This document shows, in pieces, positions 24,576-38,255 of a stretch of 64,000 nt of DNA. Every line of letters starts with the position of its first letter. Positions within the stretch are counted from its first letter, which is position 1. The DNA lies in assembly GCF_001194135.2 (NCBI RefSeq), contig NC_069003.1, positions 9,912,793 through 9,976,792 of the forward strand, written 5' to 3'. The stretch comes from Octopus bimaculoides. Its lineage: Eukaryota. A model generated the notes under the pieces. The model was not told the DNA's origin, ran no database searches, and saw only the letters and a program-made list of their open reading frames with translations. The translations under genes and the position numbers were made by a program.

Positions 24576-24661
24576 CTGTTGCATAATTTTCCCATTGTAA
24601 TCATTAGACGGTGCTGATGGCATACGAGATGTGAAACCTGGACGACGTAATCCGGAACGCT
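24576..24661 (-). CDS. ZC2HC1A: ZC2HC1A exon 7 (RSGLRRPGFTSRMPSAPSNDYNGKIMQQ)
   Basis: TTTAG acceptor and GTAAAA donor. Raised GC content against the flanks, and the phase fits exon 8. Confidence 0.75.
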
Positions 24662-25915
24662 CTAAATAGAAAGAACAGACATACTTTAAGGAGGTAAGTA
24701 TTATAAGAAATATATAAGATCATGGAAGAGGAGACGTTTATTGATTTGAATAAATGAACTTAGAAGATTGGTGATGACATTTCAAGAAAACTCATTCCTT
24801 CAATTCATCAAACTGACAAGAGATGTCAAAATGAAGTATTTCTCACTGATACATAGGTAGCATGAACTTGATCCTAAGACATATATATATATAAGGTAGC
24901 AAGGCAGTGACCTGGCAGAGTCATTAGCACAACTTGTAAAAATGGTTAGTGGCATTTAGTCCATCTTCACATTCTGAGTTCAAATTTTGCTGAGGTCAAC
25001 TTTGCCTTTCATCCTTTTGAGGTTGATAAAATAAGTACCAGTTGAGTATTGGGTCGATGTAACTGACTATTCCCTTCCCACCAAATTCTATAGTAGAATT
25101 CTCTTCCCACCAAATTCTATATGCCTATAGTAGAAAGGATTATTATTATTATTATTATTTCATTTACACACAATAGACTAAACTGTTCGAAAATATTTTC
25201 CTAACATTGCCCCACAATAAGTAACCTTCGATACCAAGAACCTTCCAAAGTATTTTAGCTATCCCTAATAATACTGTTTTCTAGAGTTGCAATCAACTAG
25301 TTTTTTATGTTTATTTCGTCCTTCTCCTCCTCCCTGCCACCACCACCACCACCACCACCATCTTTATTAATCAATAACTACTATTTGCTTGTTTCTTCTT
25401 CTCTCTGCATAATTCTGATTAGCTTTTTTTTTTAATGCTCACTTCATCAAATATGCTAAACTAATGTCTGCCTTCCATGCTGGCATGGGTTGGATGGTTT
25501 GAGAGAAGCTGTGGCTTTTTGTTTGTTGTTTTTTTTTTCCATAAGGATAACATCTCTGAAGTATTAAAATGCTTCAAAACTCAGTTAATTCAATGGAAGG
25601 TAATTTTAAAAGCATATTTACATAGTTGAAAGGAAAACGTGTGTTACCTTGTTGTGATTTAGAATTAATTAGTTTTGCCGAAGAATTAATCGTAGCGGAG
25701 GAATTTGATTTGAAATTAAGCACCGAAGAGTCAAACCTAGACTTCGCTTTACCGATTTCATGCTGAAATTAAAGAGAAAAAAAGCATGTCATCAAATTCT
25801 ATTACAACAGTGAATAGGTGCTGGTGTGAGGTTAAGAAGTTTGCTTCCCAACCATGTGGTCTTGAGTTCAGTCCCACTATGTGGCACCTTGTGCAAAGAC
25901 AGAAGCTGAAAAGAA

Positions 25916-25975
<60 letters not shown>

Positions 25976-28040
25976 NNNNNNNNNNCCTCCTCCCGTCTCA
26001 AAGATTCCTTGTCTTGCAAGTTACTTGGTGACCCTGACAGTGCTGGTGTCACATAAAAAGCATCCAGTCCACACTGTAAAATGGTTGGCATTTGGAAGGA
26101 TATCCAGCTGTAAAAACCATGCCAAAACTAACCTTGCTTGTGCTGGTGCCACATAAAAAGCACTCCTTCTACTCTGTGGGGTGGTCAATGTTAGGAAGTG
26201 CATCCAGCCATAAAAACCATGCCAATGCAGACACAGAAGTCTGGTGCAGTCATCTGGGTTCTCATTCCTAAGGTATTTTTCAATGTTGTTGTTTATTATT
26301 ATTATTATTATCATTATTATTATTGTTCAGGTCACTGCTTGGAATCGAACTCAGAATCTTGGGGTTAGTAGCCTGCGCTCTTAACCACTACGCCATATGC
26401 CCACCGGCATATGGCGTAGTGGTTAACAACAATCAAGATGAGGACAAATATCTGTTGAATGTAAATAATGCAAATAAATACCAGTTGAGCACTGGGGTCG
26501 AGGCGGTTGATTCTTCCCTCCACCAAACTTTTACGGTGTTGTGCCTATGCCTTTACAATGTAGGTTCAAACCCTACTGAAATCACGTTCTGAATGTCCTG
26601 TTCATTTTATCATCACAACCCACCACCCCTTCTGGAATGGGAGGCGGGTGTCAATAAAATAAGAAAGAAAGAGATCAATATGAATCTTACTAATGAACCA
26701 AGAAGCAATACTTATTGAATACATACTAAAAAAAGAAGAAAAGAAAACATCATTGATTGGCTGCTTCTAACCTAACACAAGGACACCACCGACATCTACA
26801 AGCCAATGAGAGAGAGTCTCCATGCGGTCACTCGATGTGCTAGAAATAGCAGCCAAATCTTCCTAAAAATCTCATGCTGCCTTCTTAAAAATAAGATAAG
26901 CAAATCAGACAATGAAACCCAAGATACCATACATACATACATACAAAAGGTGGATGGTCATGGCTGGAAAGCCTTTGATTATAGCTCTTCCCAATCAGGA
27001 CCGACCTGGGACGAAACAACAATAACTACAACAGCGATGCCTTCTAGCTCTGGCTGGGAGATGTTGTTAATATTTTAATGCAACACTACTACTTACTTCC
27101 TTCCTTACAGGAGAATGTCTTTATTATTTGCAAACAACAAACTGGAATTACCGGACACTTGTTTTATTTTTGTCTCTGATCACTGTTTTATTGTTTATTG
27201 GCTCAGAGATCAATATTCATTTGCAAATACGATATGAAATTATAATTAATGCAGGTCACCTTAACAAGCATTAAACAAAGCCACTCCCTACTAGCAGAGA
27301 TATTTTCCATGTAAACCATAAAGGAATCGATATTTTCATATTTTTTCTCTCGTGGACATTTAATTAGCTGAATCATTAGTGCACTGCAGAAAGTCTATGA
27401 CCAGGTGGTTAGGGTGTTATACTCATAATTATAAGATCGTGGTTTCAATTCCCAGGCTAGGTAGTGAATTGTGTTCTTGAGCAAAACACTTCATTTCACA
27501 CTGTCCCCAGTCCACTCAGCTGTAAATGGTTAACCTTACAACAGGTAGGTGTGTGCGTGGTAAGAAGCTTGCTTTCCAATCAATCACATGGATCGGGGTT
27601 CACTCCTACTGCGTGACACCTTGGGAAAGTGTCTTCTACTTTAGTCTCAGGCTGATGACCAAAGCCTTGTGAGTGGATCTGGTAGACGGAAACTGAAAGA
27701 AGCCCATCATTTATGTGTGCGTGTGTATGTGTGTGTGTGTGTGTGTCCATGTTTGCCCATCCCCAAAACTGCTTGACAATGGGTGTTGGAGTGTTTATGT
27801 CCCTGTAACTTAGCAGTTCAGCAAAAGAGACCAATAGAACAAGCACCAAAAACAAAAATAAGTACTAGGGTTGATGCCTTCAACTAAGGCAGTGCCCCAG
27901 GATGACTGCAGTCTAATGTCTGAAACAAGTAAAAGATAGAAGATAAAGAGTGAGATGGTGACTCAGAGAACCACCCAAATGGAGATTTTGTGAGCCACAT
28001 TTTGTATTCAGTGATTGACAGAAAGGATGAATCATACAAC

Positions 28041-28080
28041 CAGTACCGTGAATATCAATTGGTTGGGATTGGTTGTTCAA
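28041..28080 (-). CDS. ZC2HC1A: ZC2HC1A probable small exon 6 (LNNQSQPIDIHGT)
   Basis: A phase 0 to 1 exon is needed between exons 5 and 7. This segment has a pyrimidine-rich TAG acceptor and two in-phase GT donors. No homology support. Confidence 0.55.
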
Positions 28081-29460
28081 CTATGTCAAAGGTCAAGAAC
28101 AACAACAACAACAATCTTCACCTGTTTCCAAGCAATGAGTAACCCCTGCAACAGACCAGCATCCCATTCAGGGGCAGTTTTGTGATCTTGAGTCATATTT
28201 TAGGAGTCTGCACTATTTACTGTTATAATTTTTTTTTTTTTTTTAGTTCTGAAAATATGATATGATTGGAGGAAAATTTGGCTGTTGCTTCTAGCAGGTC
28301 AAGCAACCATATTGATAGATACTTCCTTCTTAATTTAAAATCCAGTTGCTGTCTCAGCCTCATGGGCATAGAGTGGCCTGATATTTGAAACCTTTAACAC
28401 TTAAACCAGCCATATCCAGCCAAAACATTCCATCTGTTTTATGTTTGAGGCCAGATCCAACCTCTCACACCTACCCTACAATGTCATTCTAAAAATATAC
28501 AACTACATCATTGAAATTTTGAAGCTATGAGATAATGCATGACTAATTTAAAACAATAAGGCGGTGAGCTGGCAGAAACGTCAGCACGCCAGGCGAAATG
28601 CTTAGCGGTATTTTGTCTGAGTCCAAATTCTGCTGAGGTCGACTTTGCTTTTCATCCTTTCAGGGTCGATTAAATAAGTACCAGTTACACACTGGGGTCG
28701 ATATAATCGACTTAATCCGTTAATTTAATGAGCAGGCTGTTCCATTGATAGGATCAACTGGAACCCTCATCATCATAACTGACAGAGTGCCATGATATAT
28801 ATATATATATATATATATCATTGCTATTATGCAAAAGTCCAAAATGTTGCTTTTTTCAGAAAACAAAAAAATAGTTTCACCGTTCCATTTCTTTTTACAT
28901 TAGCAGTTTCAGCTTAATAATATTTTGTTGTTTGCATAAAACTGTAATGCATGTATGATATTTTCAGTCAGAAATATTTTGGCAAAACTGTTATATGTGG
29001 GACATACTACACTTTTGAGAAATGCTAAGCCGTTGTACTACACTTTGACAATTTTCATATCTTGGCATCTGAAGAAGCTGGAGATATGATAGTTTGACCA
29101 AAAGAACCGGTAATTGTAAGCAAAATTAAATATTGAAAAGAAAATGCATTTGGCCAAAATTTTGACATACGACAGTTTGATATAATAGCCACGATATATG
29201 TATACACACACGCATATGAGAAGCAGACCATGAGATATAACTTGTGAAGTGGCTGGTGTTAGGAAGGGCATCTAGCTATAGAAACCAAGCCAAAGCAGAC
29301 ATTAGAGATCCATCAGTTCCTATCAAACCATCCAACCCATGCCAGCAGGGAACACAGACATTAAATATTGATAATGATGGTGATGGTGATGGTGATAATA
29401 CATCTTGACAGTGCATTGAGCTACATGAAACCATCATTGATTATTATTTTGTTTTCTTAC

Positions 29461-29591
29461 CTGTGATTTAACTTTGTTCTTGGGAGCAGGTTTAGATTTT
29501 ATTCTTTGGTGTTGTTCCCTGCAGAAATTGATGTGTCTTTCGGCAGCAGCCTTGTTGAACCTTCTCTCGCAATATTCACACTGGATATAAT
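29461..29591 (-). CDS. ZC2HC1A: ZC2HC1A exon 5 (DYIQCEYCERRFNKAAAERHINFCREQHQRIKSKPAPKNKVKSQ)
   Basis: Second C2HC finger DYIQC.YC.RRFN..AA.RHINFC.EQ, with canonical splice sites. Confidence 0.96.
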
Positions 29592-29805
29592 CTAGAGGCA
29601 AATAAAAGTAAACTCATTTCACATCTTTCGTCTTTTTCATTTCCTTGGTTCTTAAAATCTATTCATTCAAACTGACTCCATTATAGAAATTTGGAAGAGG
29701 CTGTAATAATCCCTGAAAGCCAAGTCACTCTGCCTCTCCCATAGTAATGAATATTACACCGTTGTTTTAAAAACCAACCCCCCAATCAAATATATATATG
29801 TATGT

Positions 29806-29840
<35 letters not shown>

Positions 29841-29891
29841 TACACACACGCACACCTGTATATAAGAATTCAAATTTCAATATCATCTTAC

Positions 29892-30030
29892 CTGCATTAA
29901 CTAATGGAGGTGGAGGAGGTGGAAGAGGCTTTCCCTCAGCCAAAGCCTGGGTCACCTTCTTTGCATTGCGGATGGAATTTATAAAGTCTTCATGTTTGGC
30001 TCTCCAGTTTGACTTAGGTATCGGAATTTC
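29892..30030 (-). CDS. ZC2HC1A: ZC2HC1A exon 4 (EIPIPKSNWRAKHEDFINSIRNAKKVTQALAEGKPLPPPPPPLVNA)
   Basis: SNWR.KHE.FI..IR.AK and LPPPPPP family motifs, with canonical splice sites. Confidence 0.95.
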
Positions 30031-32359
30031 CTGACAAAGAAAGAAAAGATGTTTTTCTTTTCCCATCAAAGTTTTAGATGTTTTTACAGTGGTTTCTCCA
30101 CAGGGATAGTGGCCATGCTGGAGCATTATTTTTTGTAATTTATTAGTCAATATATCAACCCTAGTAGTTTGTCTCGTATTTACCTTATTTTTATTCTCTT
30201 TTTGTTTATTTTCTCGTGTTCCTTTCTGTTGAAGAGCGTAGGCTCGAAACATAAAAGACTTTCTCACCTACCCGAGCATTAAACCAATACACCTGTTTGT
30301 TGTTTACACACCTGTCTTTGTCTTTTATTTTTTTTGTAAATTCCAACTATACATATATGCATACATACATGCATATAAATATATATATATAAATATATAT
30401 ACACACATATATGTGTAAATGTATATAAATAGCTTATTGGTAATTTTCAACCTTTGACCCAAACACTCAGCTGGTTTATTAAGTGTAGAAGAGGAAACAA
30501 GTAAAGGGGCCTGGGCCTAAAGGGACCTAATTGTAGAAGACAACAACAGCAACAACATATCTTTTGTCTTGTACTTGCTTCAGTCACCAGACTGTGGCCA
30601 TGCTGGAACACCACCTTGAAGGGTTTTAGTCAAATAAATCTACTCTAGTAATTTTTCTGAAGTCTGATACTTATTCTAATGACTTCTTTTGCCAAAATCA
30701 CTAAGTTACAGGGACATAAACAAACCAACACTGGTTGTCAAGTGGTGGTCAGAACAAATACACACACACACATAATGGTTTCCCACAGAGTTTCCATCTA
30801 CCAAATTCACCCTCATGACATTGGTTGGTCCCAGGGCTATAGTAGCCCTGATGCTGCACAATGGGATTGAACCCAAAATCATGTGATTTCAAAATGAGCT
30901 CCTCAACCACACAACCATGCCTGCACCTACAACTGTTTCAGATTTGTAAAAGAATATTTAAGGTGCCAGTTTGGTTTTACTAAAAGATAATTATTTGATA
31001 AATTCAACAAGATGTTAACATTTCCGCTGATAATAACAAGGAACAGCTGTCAGCTGCCATTTATTTAGAAAGAATCTCTCAGAAATGTCTTAAAGAAAAC
31101 CCATTTATAAGTTCCCCCTTATTTCTCTAATGTGTTCACCCTCCCCCTTGTTTTTCTCATCTTCTCCTTTTCTCTCTCGCTGTCTTTCAACAGATAACTA
31201 TGAAGCGTTAGTGGGAAGGGAGGTAACTAATAGAACAGGGCAAGGTATGTTTTCTGGGGAGTATTATTTGAAAAGGGAATGGGGCCGTAGATAAATGGAT
31301 TGGAGTAACACGAGTTAAATACATTTTCGCCCCTCCCCAACAAACTCTTATGTAATTTCATTTCCAGTGAAAGTAGTGGGAGTAGGAGGGAGTGAAGTGA
31401 TTCACCCTTTCTTCCTATCTCGTTTCACCCTCACCACAGCAGTGCATGTGTATCATACAGCATTAATCAGTAGAAACATCTTTCTGCCTCACTGGAAAGG
31501 AAATGTAAGAAGAGGAGGAGAGAAATTTGACCCTTTTCATACCATCTTGCCTGAGACTTCCAGTACTGTGATCTCAAACTTCCTGTCTTAAAGAATTTAT
31601 TTTTTGTGTGTGTGTGTGTGTATGTATACTCTTTTACCTGTTTCAGTCATTTGACTGCGACCATGCTGGAGCACCACCTTTAGTCGAATAAACCAACCTC
31701 AGAACTTATTTGTAAACCTAGTACTTATTCTATCGGTCTCTTTTGCCAAACTGCTAAGTTACAGGCATGTAAACACTACAACATCAGCAGCATCAGTTGT
31801 CAAGCAATGGTAAGGGGACAAACACACAAACACGTACATTATATATATATATATATATATATATGACAGGCTTCTTTCTTGTTTCCGTCTACCAAATCAA
31901 CTCACAAGGCTTTGGTCAGCCTGAGGCTATAGTAGAAGGCACTCGCCCGAGGCGCCATGCAGTGGGACTGAACCTGGAACCATGTGGTTGGGAAGCAAGC
32001 TTCTTACCACACAGTCACTAAACATTAAAGCGTGTTGCCACAACAAATCTTGAGATTTTATAACTAGCTATATATATATANNNNNNNNNNNNNNNNNNNN
32101 NNNNNNNNNNNNNNNNNNNNNNNNNNNNNNNNNNNNNNNNNNNNNNNNNNNNNTTTTCAAGAGAAGGGGTAAGTCAATTACACTGACCCCAGTGCTCTCA
32201 ACTGGTACTTATTTTATCAAACCTGAAAGGATGAAAGGCTAAGTGAACCACAGCAGAATTTGACCTTAGAACATGAAGACAGACAAAATGCCACTAAGTA
32301 TTTTGCACATTGTGGTAATGATTCTGCCAGTTCACTACCTTATATATATGTGTGTGTAT

Positions 32360-32395
<36 letters not shown>

Positions 32396-33720
32396 TGGCC
32401 AGACTTATATGAGTATATGCATATATACGTACATGTATGTACATACCTACATCTACATGTATATATAAATGTATATCTGGGTACAGGACGTTGCAAAAAA
32501 ACGTGGACAAAATGATAAATAGAGTACAGAAAACACACAGGCCATTTCCATCATCAGCTGCTACCATTCTAAAACTAAGCATTTCGAAGATAAGATCCAT
32601 GGATCAAGGTGTAGGAAGTTAGTGAGCTTCAAGCAGTCTGTAGAAGATATAAAAAACAACTTTCAGGAACAATAGTGGTTTATTGGTGCAGAAGGTTGTG
32701 AATTTTTCCCACATCAAAGTACAATAAGCTGAGAAAAACCACTTTGAAAGCCAGAATTGGCAATCACTACTCCAGCTTTAAGTTCCAAGCAAGATCTAAC
32801 AGCAATTCTTTATCTTAGCTAATCCACAAACTTCTGCATGAATCAATTCCTTATAATTTGAAGTGATTCCTAGCCACCCACACTAAACTGTATACCAGCT
32901 TTAACAACAAGTGTGATCTCTGCATTGACAAAGTCTTCTCCATTATGCAATCCACAGATTGTTTAAATGAACGGAATAGTATAATTTTTACTTGTCACCA
33001 CAAATTATGCAATACAAACTCAAAGTACAAGTAACAATTCCCCACCCCATCCAATGTCATTCCCTATCTCCCCTACCCCCAATTGATATTCCTCTACATA
33101 TATTTTTACAACAAATAACATTTTAACCACCTTTATATTTCTCAATTTATTTTTTATTCTTATTTTTATATTTCCCATCTATTTTCTTTATCCTTTATAT
33201 TTTATAAGTTTTCCTAACTTTTCTATCTCAACACACATCCCATCTGCACATAAGAAAATACAAGTGCCCATGCATGTATACACATCTATTAGATTCTACA
33301 GACGAACAACATATACGTGTGTGTGTGTGCTAATACGCACATATAATTTTAGATTTAAGCTACAACTATCTTCCACTTCCCTAGATTTTAAAACTAAACT
33401 ACTACTACTACTACCAACTTGAAGAGCATAACTAAAGCTACTCTTTGACGGAAAATACATTATCTTCCACCTCCCTCTCCTTCCCTCCCCACCACCCTAT
33501 TCATTTCAAATACCACTCCTATATCTTCATCTGTTTAAACGGCTTTATAGAATGCTACAATATGTTTACTTATCTATCCTTCAACAGACCCATGGATAAC
33601 CCCAGGCTAAATTCATAACAGCATCTCTCCAGCCAACTTCAATATCAAACATTCTCTCCTCACCTGCCCCATTTACTTGCATTCTTCTTCTTCTTCTCCA
33701 TAACAAACTTACCCACTGCC

Positions 33721-33756
<36 letters not shown>

Positions 33757-34185
33757 CTTTTATTTTTACTTCTTCACAAATATGTTTTCATCTCGAACTG
33801 TGCTTTCTATGCATTTCAATCAAATCCTCAGCAAATTAACATGGGATCTCCTAACGACAATGTAAACTTCATTTAATCAAAGTATACCTGGCCTAAAGAG
33901 TAGCTTGCGGTCTACTACCCCTCATTTGGATAATTACTACTTCCAAGGTTCTGCTAGCTATGAAACATATGTAGTCTGGATTTTATCAACTCCATTCCCT
34001 AATTATTGAATATATAAATATATATATAATCCAAGAGAGTTAGGGGTTGAGGATTCAACCCACTAAGGGATAATATATATCCAATATACTGCTGGGAGGG
34101 TACACAATTATTGTTACACTAATCAACGGAATATAGTGTCTGCAAGTTGATGAGTACCTCATATTCCCTTTCATTTTCTTACTGC

Positions 34186-34217
<32 letters not shown>

Positions 34218-34976
34218 NNNNNNNNNNNNNNNNNNNNNNNNNNNNNNNNNNNNNNNNNNNNNNNNNNNNNNNNNNNNNNNNNNNNNNNNNNNNNNNNNNN
34301 NNNNNNNNNNNNNNNNNNNNNNNNNNNNNNNNNNNNNNNNNNNNNNNNNNNNNNNNNNNNNNNNNNNNNNNNNNNNNNNNNNNNNNNNNNNNNNNNNNNN
34401 NNNNNNNNNNNNNNNNNNNNNNNNNNNNNNNNNNNNNNNNNNNNNNNNNNNNNNNNNNNNNNNNNNNNNNNNNNNNNNNNNNNNNNNNNNNNNNNNNNNN
34501 NNNNNNNNNNNNNNNNNNNNNNNNNNATATATATATATATATATAATTATATGTATTTCTTCTATCTTAATGAATAAAAATTCTTCGGATAGAATAAATG
34601 GGTGAATAGAAACCAATGTAGCAAAGAACACAAAATAACTGTGGTGTAGTTTCTGTTTTTAAGGCAGGAACTCCTTGAAATTTTGGGTATTTGAGTATAT
34701 TTAAAAATTTAAGGAATAGAGAAAACGCATGTTATAATTGCATACTTTATTCCTACATATGTTTCAAAGGATTACAACCTATGTGATCCATAGGGATCTG
34801 TGATATTATATATATATAGGTGAAGATCCCTTTGATCATGAATGGCCATGGGATTGCACCTAGAAAGTTACCCTCTCTTAGCTTGGCTATCAAACCAGTA
34901 CACAAACCATTTAATCATACAGCCACCAAATTACCAAACCTCTCAGCATCCAATGATTTAATCTCAGTTTATTTAC

Positions 34977-35099
34977 CTTTTTCAAATTTTGCTTCACTTG
35001 ATTTGCAGTTAGGTTTAGTGCTTCAGCTCGTTGTTTTGTGGAATCAAAGATTTTCCTCTTATTGCTCGAAACCTTGGCACATATTTTCCGATGTTTTGG
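34977..35099 (-). CDS. ZC2HC1A: ZC2HC1A exon 3 (PKHRKICAKVSSNKRKIFDSTKQRAEALNLTANQVKQNLKK)
   Basis: KH..IC.K...KRK.FDS..QRAE motif. TTTCAG acceptor and GTAAAT donor, phase 0 to 0. Confidence 0.93.
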
Positions 35100-36552
35100 C
35101 TGAAATGAAATCAAGTCGACATATTTTTCATTTGCTTAATATTAAAACTGACTCTAACATATTTGATGCAGTGAGCCCAAAAATTAAAATTAAATTTAAA
35201 TTATACCTTTATTGAAGAGAACAAAGTGTTAATTCATGTCAAAATAAAAAAAAAGCACAGAAGATAACCCTGAAATTTTAATTATTGTATTTGCCATCAT
35301 ATCAGACACAATTTATTTTTAAATCTATCAAAGAATTTCCCAGCATTCTAATGCAGCTGTATTACTCACTCTTTCTTACTGTTTCTTGAGTAACGCTGCA
35401 ATGGACTGGCGTCCCGTCCAGCTGTGGGGGGAACACACACGCCATAGAAACTGTGAAACCAGGCCCATGAGCCTGGCTAGGCTTTAAAAGGGTGCATAAA
35501 TAAATAAAATACTTTATACCAGTATATTGTTGTAACAATGTAACTCCATGCAGACAATCATACATTTTCTTCCTACAAAAAACTTTTCAATATCTTTCAC
35601 TGATGTACTAGTAATATACAGATGCACCTTTAATGCAAGAGTGAATCTCATATGCTGGCAAATACAGTAATTCTTGTCGAAAATTGCAAGGGAGATAACC
35701 CCAGAATTTTTATAAATTAAAGTTAATTAAATATGGAATACAGTGAAGGTGGGTGAATTTGATTAGTAGCATAGCAACATAGTGACAACACTGTTATAGT
35801 CATTTTAATATTTGTTTGTGACTGATGTGCAGAGGTAAATTTTTTTTTAAATCCTAATCGTAATTATATTTGTTTAGCCACAGGTCAGTCCTGAATGAGC
35901 AAACCAGACTTACAAAGGCTTTCCTGTCATGACCTTCCCATCTTTTGTGGTTTTCGGCATAGGTCATCAAAGATAGCAATATTCAATACATTATTTCATT
36001 TTCTAAGACGGTAGGGTGTGGTTTGTCATTTGGCTGCTGTTTTTAGCAAGTTAAACTTCCATATAGTGGCTGTACACACATCAGATCGGTCTCTTGTTCT
36101 CACACAATGTGCGTGGCAACAAGATACAATCAAGATAACCAAGCTTGTATGAGAATGCAGGAGGTTACCAAAATGACAAAAGAAATCACCAAATCTTGCA
36201 GGACCATCTAACATGGTATACATCCAGGCTATCAAACACTGTTCCAGATGTCTGCTCTGCATCTGGGCTTCTAAGTCCAGCACGAAGATGAAATATAGTC
36301 ACAATTACCAGTAAAGTGTAGAGTACCATGGAAAGACAGGAACAGGTAAGGCCAGAAGCCTCACCAGGTTCCACAGTCTGTTTTCATTTGGTTTCTACAG
36401 CTGGATGCCCTTTCTAGCACCAACCACTTTACAAAGTGTACTAGATACATTTAACATAGCACCAACACCAATACGTTTTACATGGTACCATCACCAGTAT
36501 TTTTTATGTGGTACCATCATCAGTAGTAAAATTTTAATTATCTTATACTTAC

Positions 36553-36614
36553 AATTACTTTTCCGTTAAACTTGCGGCCACAAAACTCACAAGGCTCCAA
36601 AATCATATTTCCGA
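36553..36614 (-). CDS. ZC2HC1A: ZC2HC1A exon 2 (VGNMILEPCEFCGRKFNGKVI)
   Basis: Polypyrimidine tract plus CAG acceptor, GTAAGT donor. Encodes the CxxCGRxF half of the first C2HC finger. Confidence 0.9.
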
Positions 36615-37786
36615 CTGGGGAGAGGAAGATGAAAGAAAACAGGGTAATTAAAATTAACAACAAATAAAATTAAGCATAATTAAAATTAACAACAATAAAT
36701 TCATAACAATATCTTAGAAGAAATTTCCCTACCAGATGGGTCTGGGTTCAGTCCCACTGCATGACACCTTGGGCAAGTGTCTTCTACTATAGCTTTGGGC
36801 CAAAGCCTTGTGAGTGGACAGAAGCAGAAAGAATCTCGTCACATATGTGTGTGTGTGTGTGTGGCTTTGTATCAGTGTTTGCCCCCCACCACTGCTTGAC
36901 AACCAGTGTTTGTATGCTTACGTCCCCATAACTTAGCAGTTTGGTAAAAGTGACCAACAGAATAAGTACACGGCTTAAAAAATAAAAAAATAAGAACTGG
37001 AGTAGGGTCATTTGACTAAAAATTCTTCGAAAGGCGATGCCCCAGCATGGCCACAGTCTAATGACCGAAAGAAGTAAAGGATAAAAGATATGTACTTTCT
37101 GTACTTTGGTTATGTCGCATTGTTGACATGAAATAATGGGCTGTCACCGTTGTCACTTCCGGTTTCTATTGTAAATTTACTTTAAATGTTTTGGTAAAAG
37201 AAAATACAGGAGGATCAGTTAATTATGATTTCATTCAACATATTCCCCTCTCAGATTCATGTTTCTCCCCACTCCCAACCAGGTAAACTGACATCTGGCT
37301 GTTCAAGGAAGACTTCAAAAGTAACTAGCAGTGACTTCTCTTGAAAATGGAGTAAATATGACATTGTGGTGTTATCAAGTTTTTCGAGATGTAAAAGATA
37401 TTGTGTTTATAGACTAAGGCGTAGGAGTGGCTGTGTGCTAAGTAGCTTGCGTACGAATCACATGGTTCCGGGTTCAGTCCCAGTGCGTGACACCTTCGGC
37501 AAATGTCTTCTACTATAGCCTCGGGCCTACCAAAGCCTTTTGAGTGGATCTGGTAGATGGAAACTGAAAGAAGCTCGTCGTATATATATGTGTGTGTGTG
37601 TGTGTTTGTCCCCCTAACATCGCTTGACAACCGATGCTGCTGTGTTTACGTCCCCGTAACTTAGCAGTTCGGCAAAAGAGACCGATAGAATAAGTACTAG
37701 GCTTCCAAAGAATAAGTCCTGGGGTCGATTAGCTCGACTAAGAGGCGGTGCTCCAGCATGGCCACAGTAAACAAGTAAAAGAGTAT

Positions 37787-38255
37787 CTTCAAAAGGGTCA
37801 CACCATCAATAGAGAGTACTATACCAACTTGCTGAGGCAGTGACACAAAGCCATCAAGACCAAACGCCCAAGAAAACTGACGGAATGGGCCTTGTTTCAT
37901 CAAGGCAATGGTCCACCACACAAATCCTTGTTTCAGTCGTTGTATATGACAAGCTTTGAATTGGTTGATCATCCTCTGTATTCTCTTGATTTGGCCCAAT
38001 CTATCATCTGTTCCCCAACATGAAAAAACATTTGGCTGGGAACTATGACGATGTCATATCTGCTGTTGATGGCTTTTTTGAACAAAGTGAAAGCTTCTTC
38101 AACGATGCAAGAAATGTGTGGACTGCAAGTGGAACTTCGTTGAAAAATAAACTTCGTCTGGTCACGTTCCATGAAAGTATCTTGGTCAGCCTATGAACTT
38201 TTGTATGAATCTGACAGAATTTGGTCAGCCTATGAACTTTTCTGCTGACCCGCGT
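37787..38255 (+). pseudogene. Decayed mariner transposase C-terminal half with 3' end
   Basis: LQKGHTINREYY, FHQGNGPPH, HPLYSLDLA and HLFPNMKKHLAG motifs, with frameshifts. Confidence 0.8.

Noticed and set aside
34136-34200. ~60-nt match to 44735-44795, both followed by (TA)n and a gap
   Set aside because: Most simply the end of a dispersed repeat family. Its TTGATGAG has no GAAA partner.
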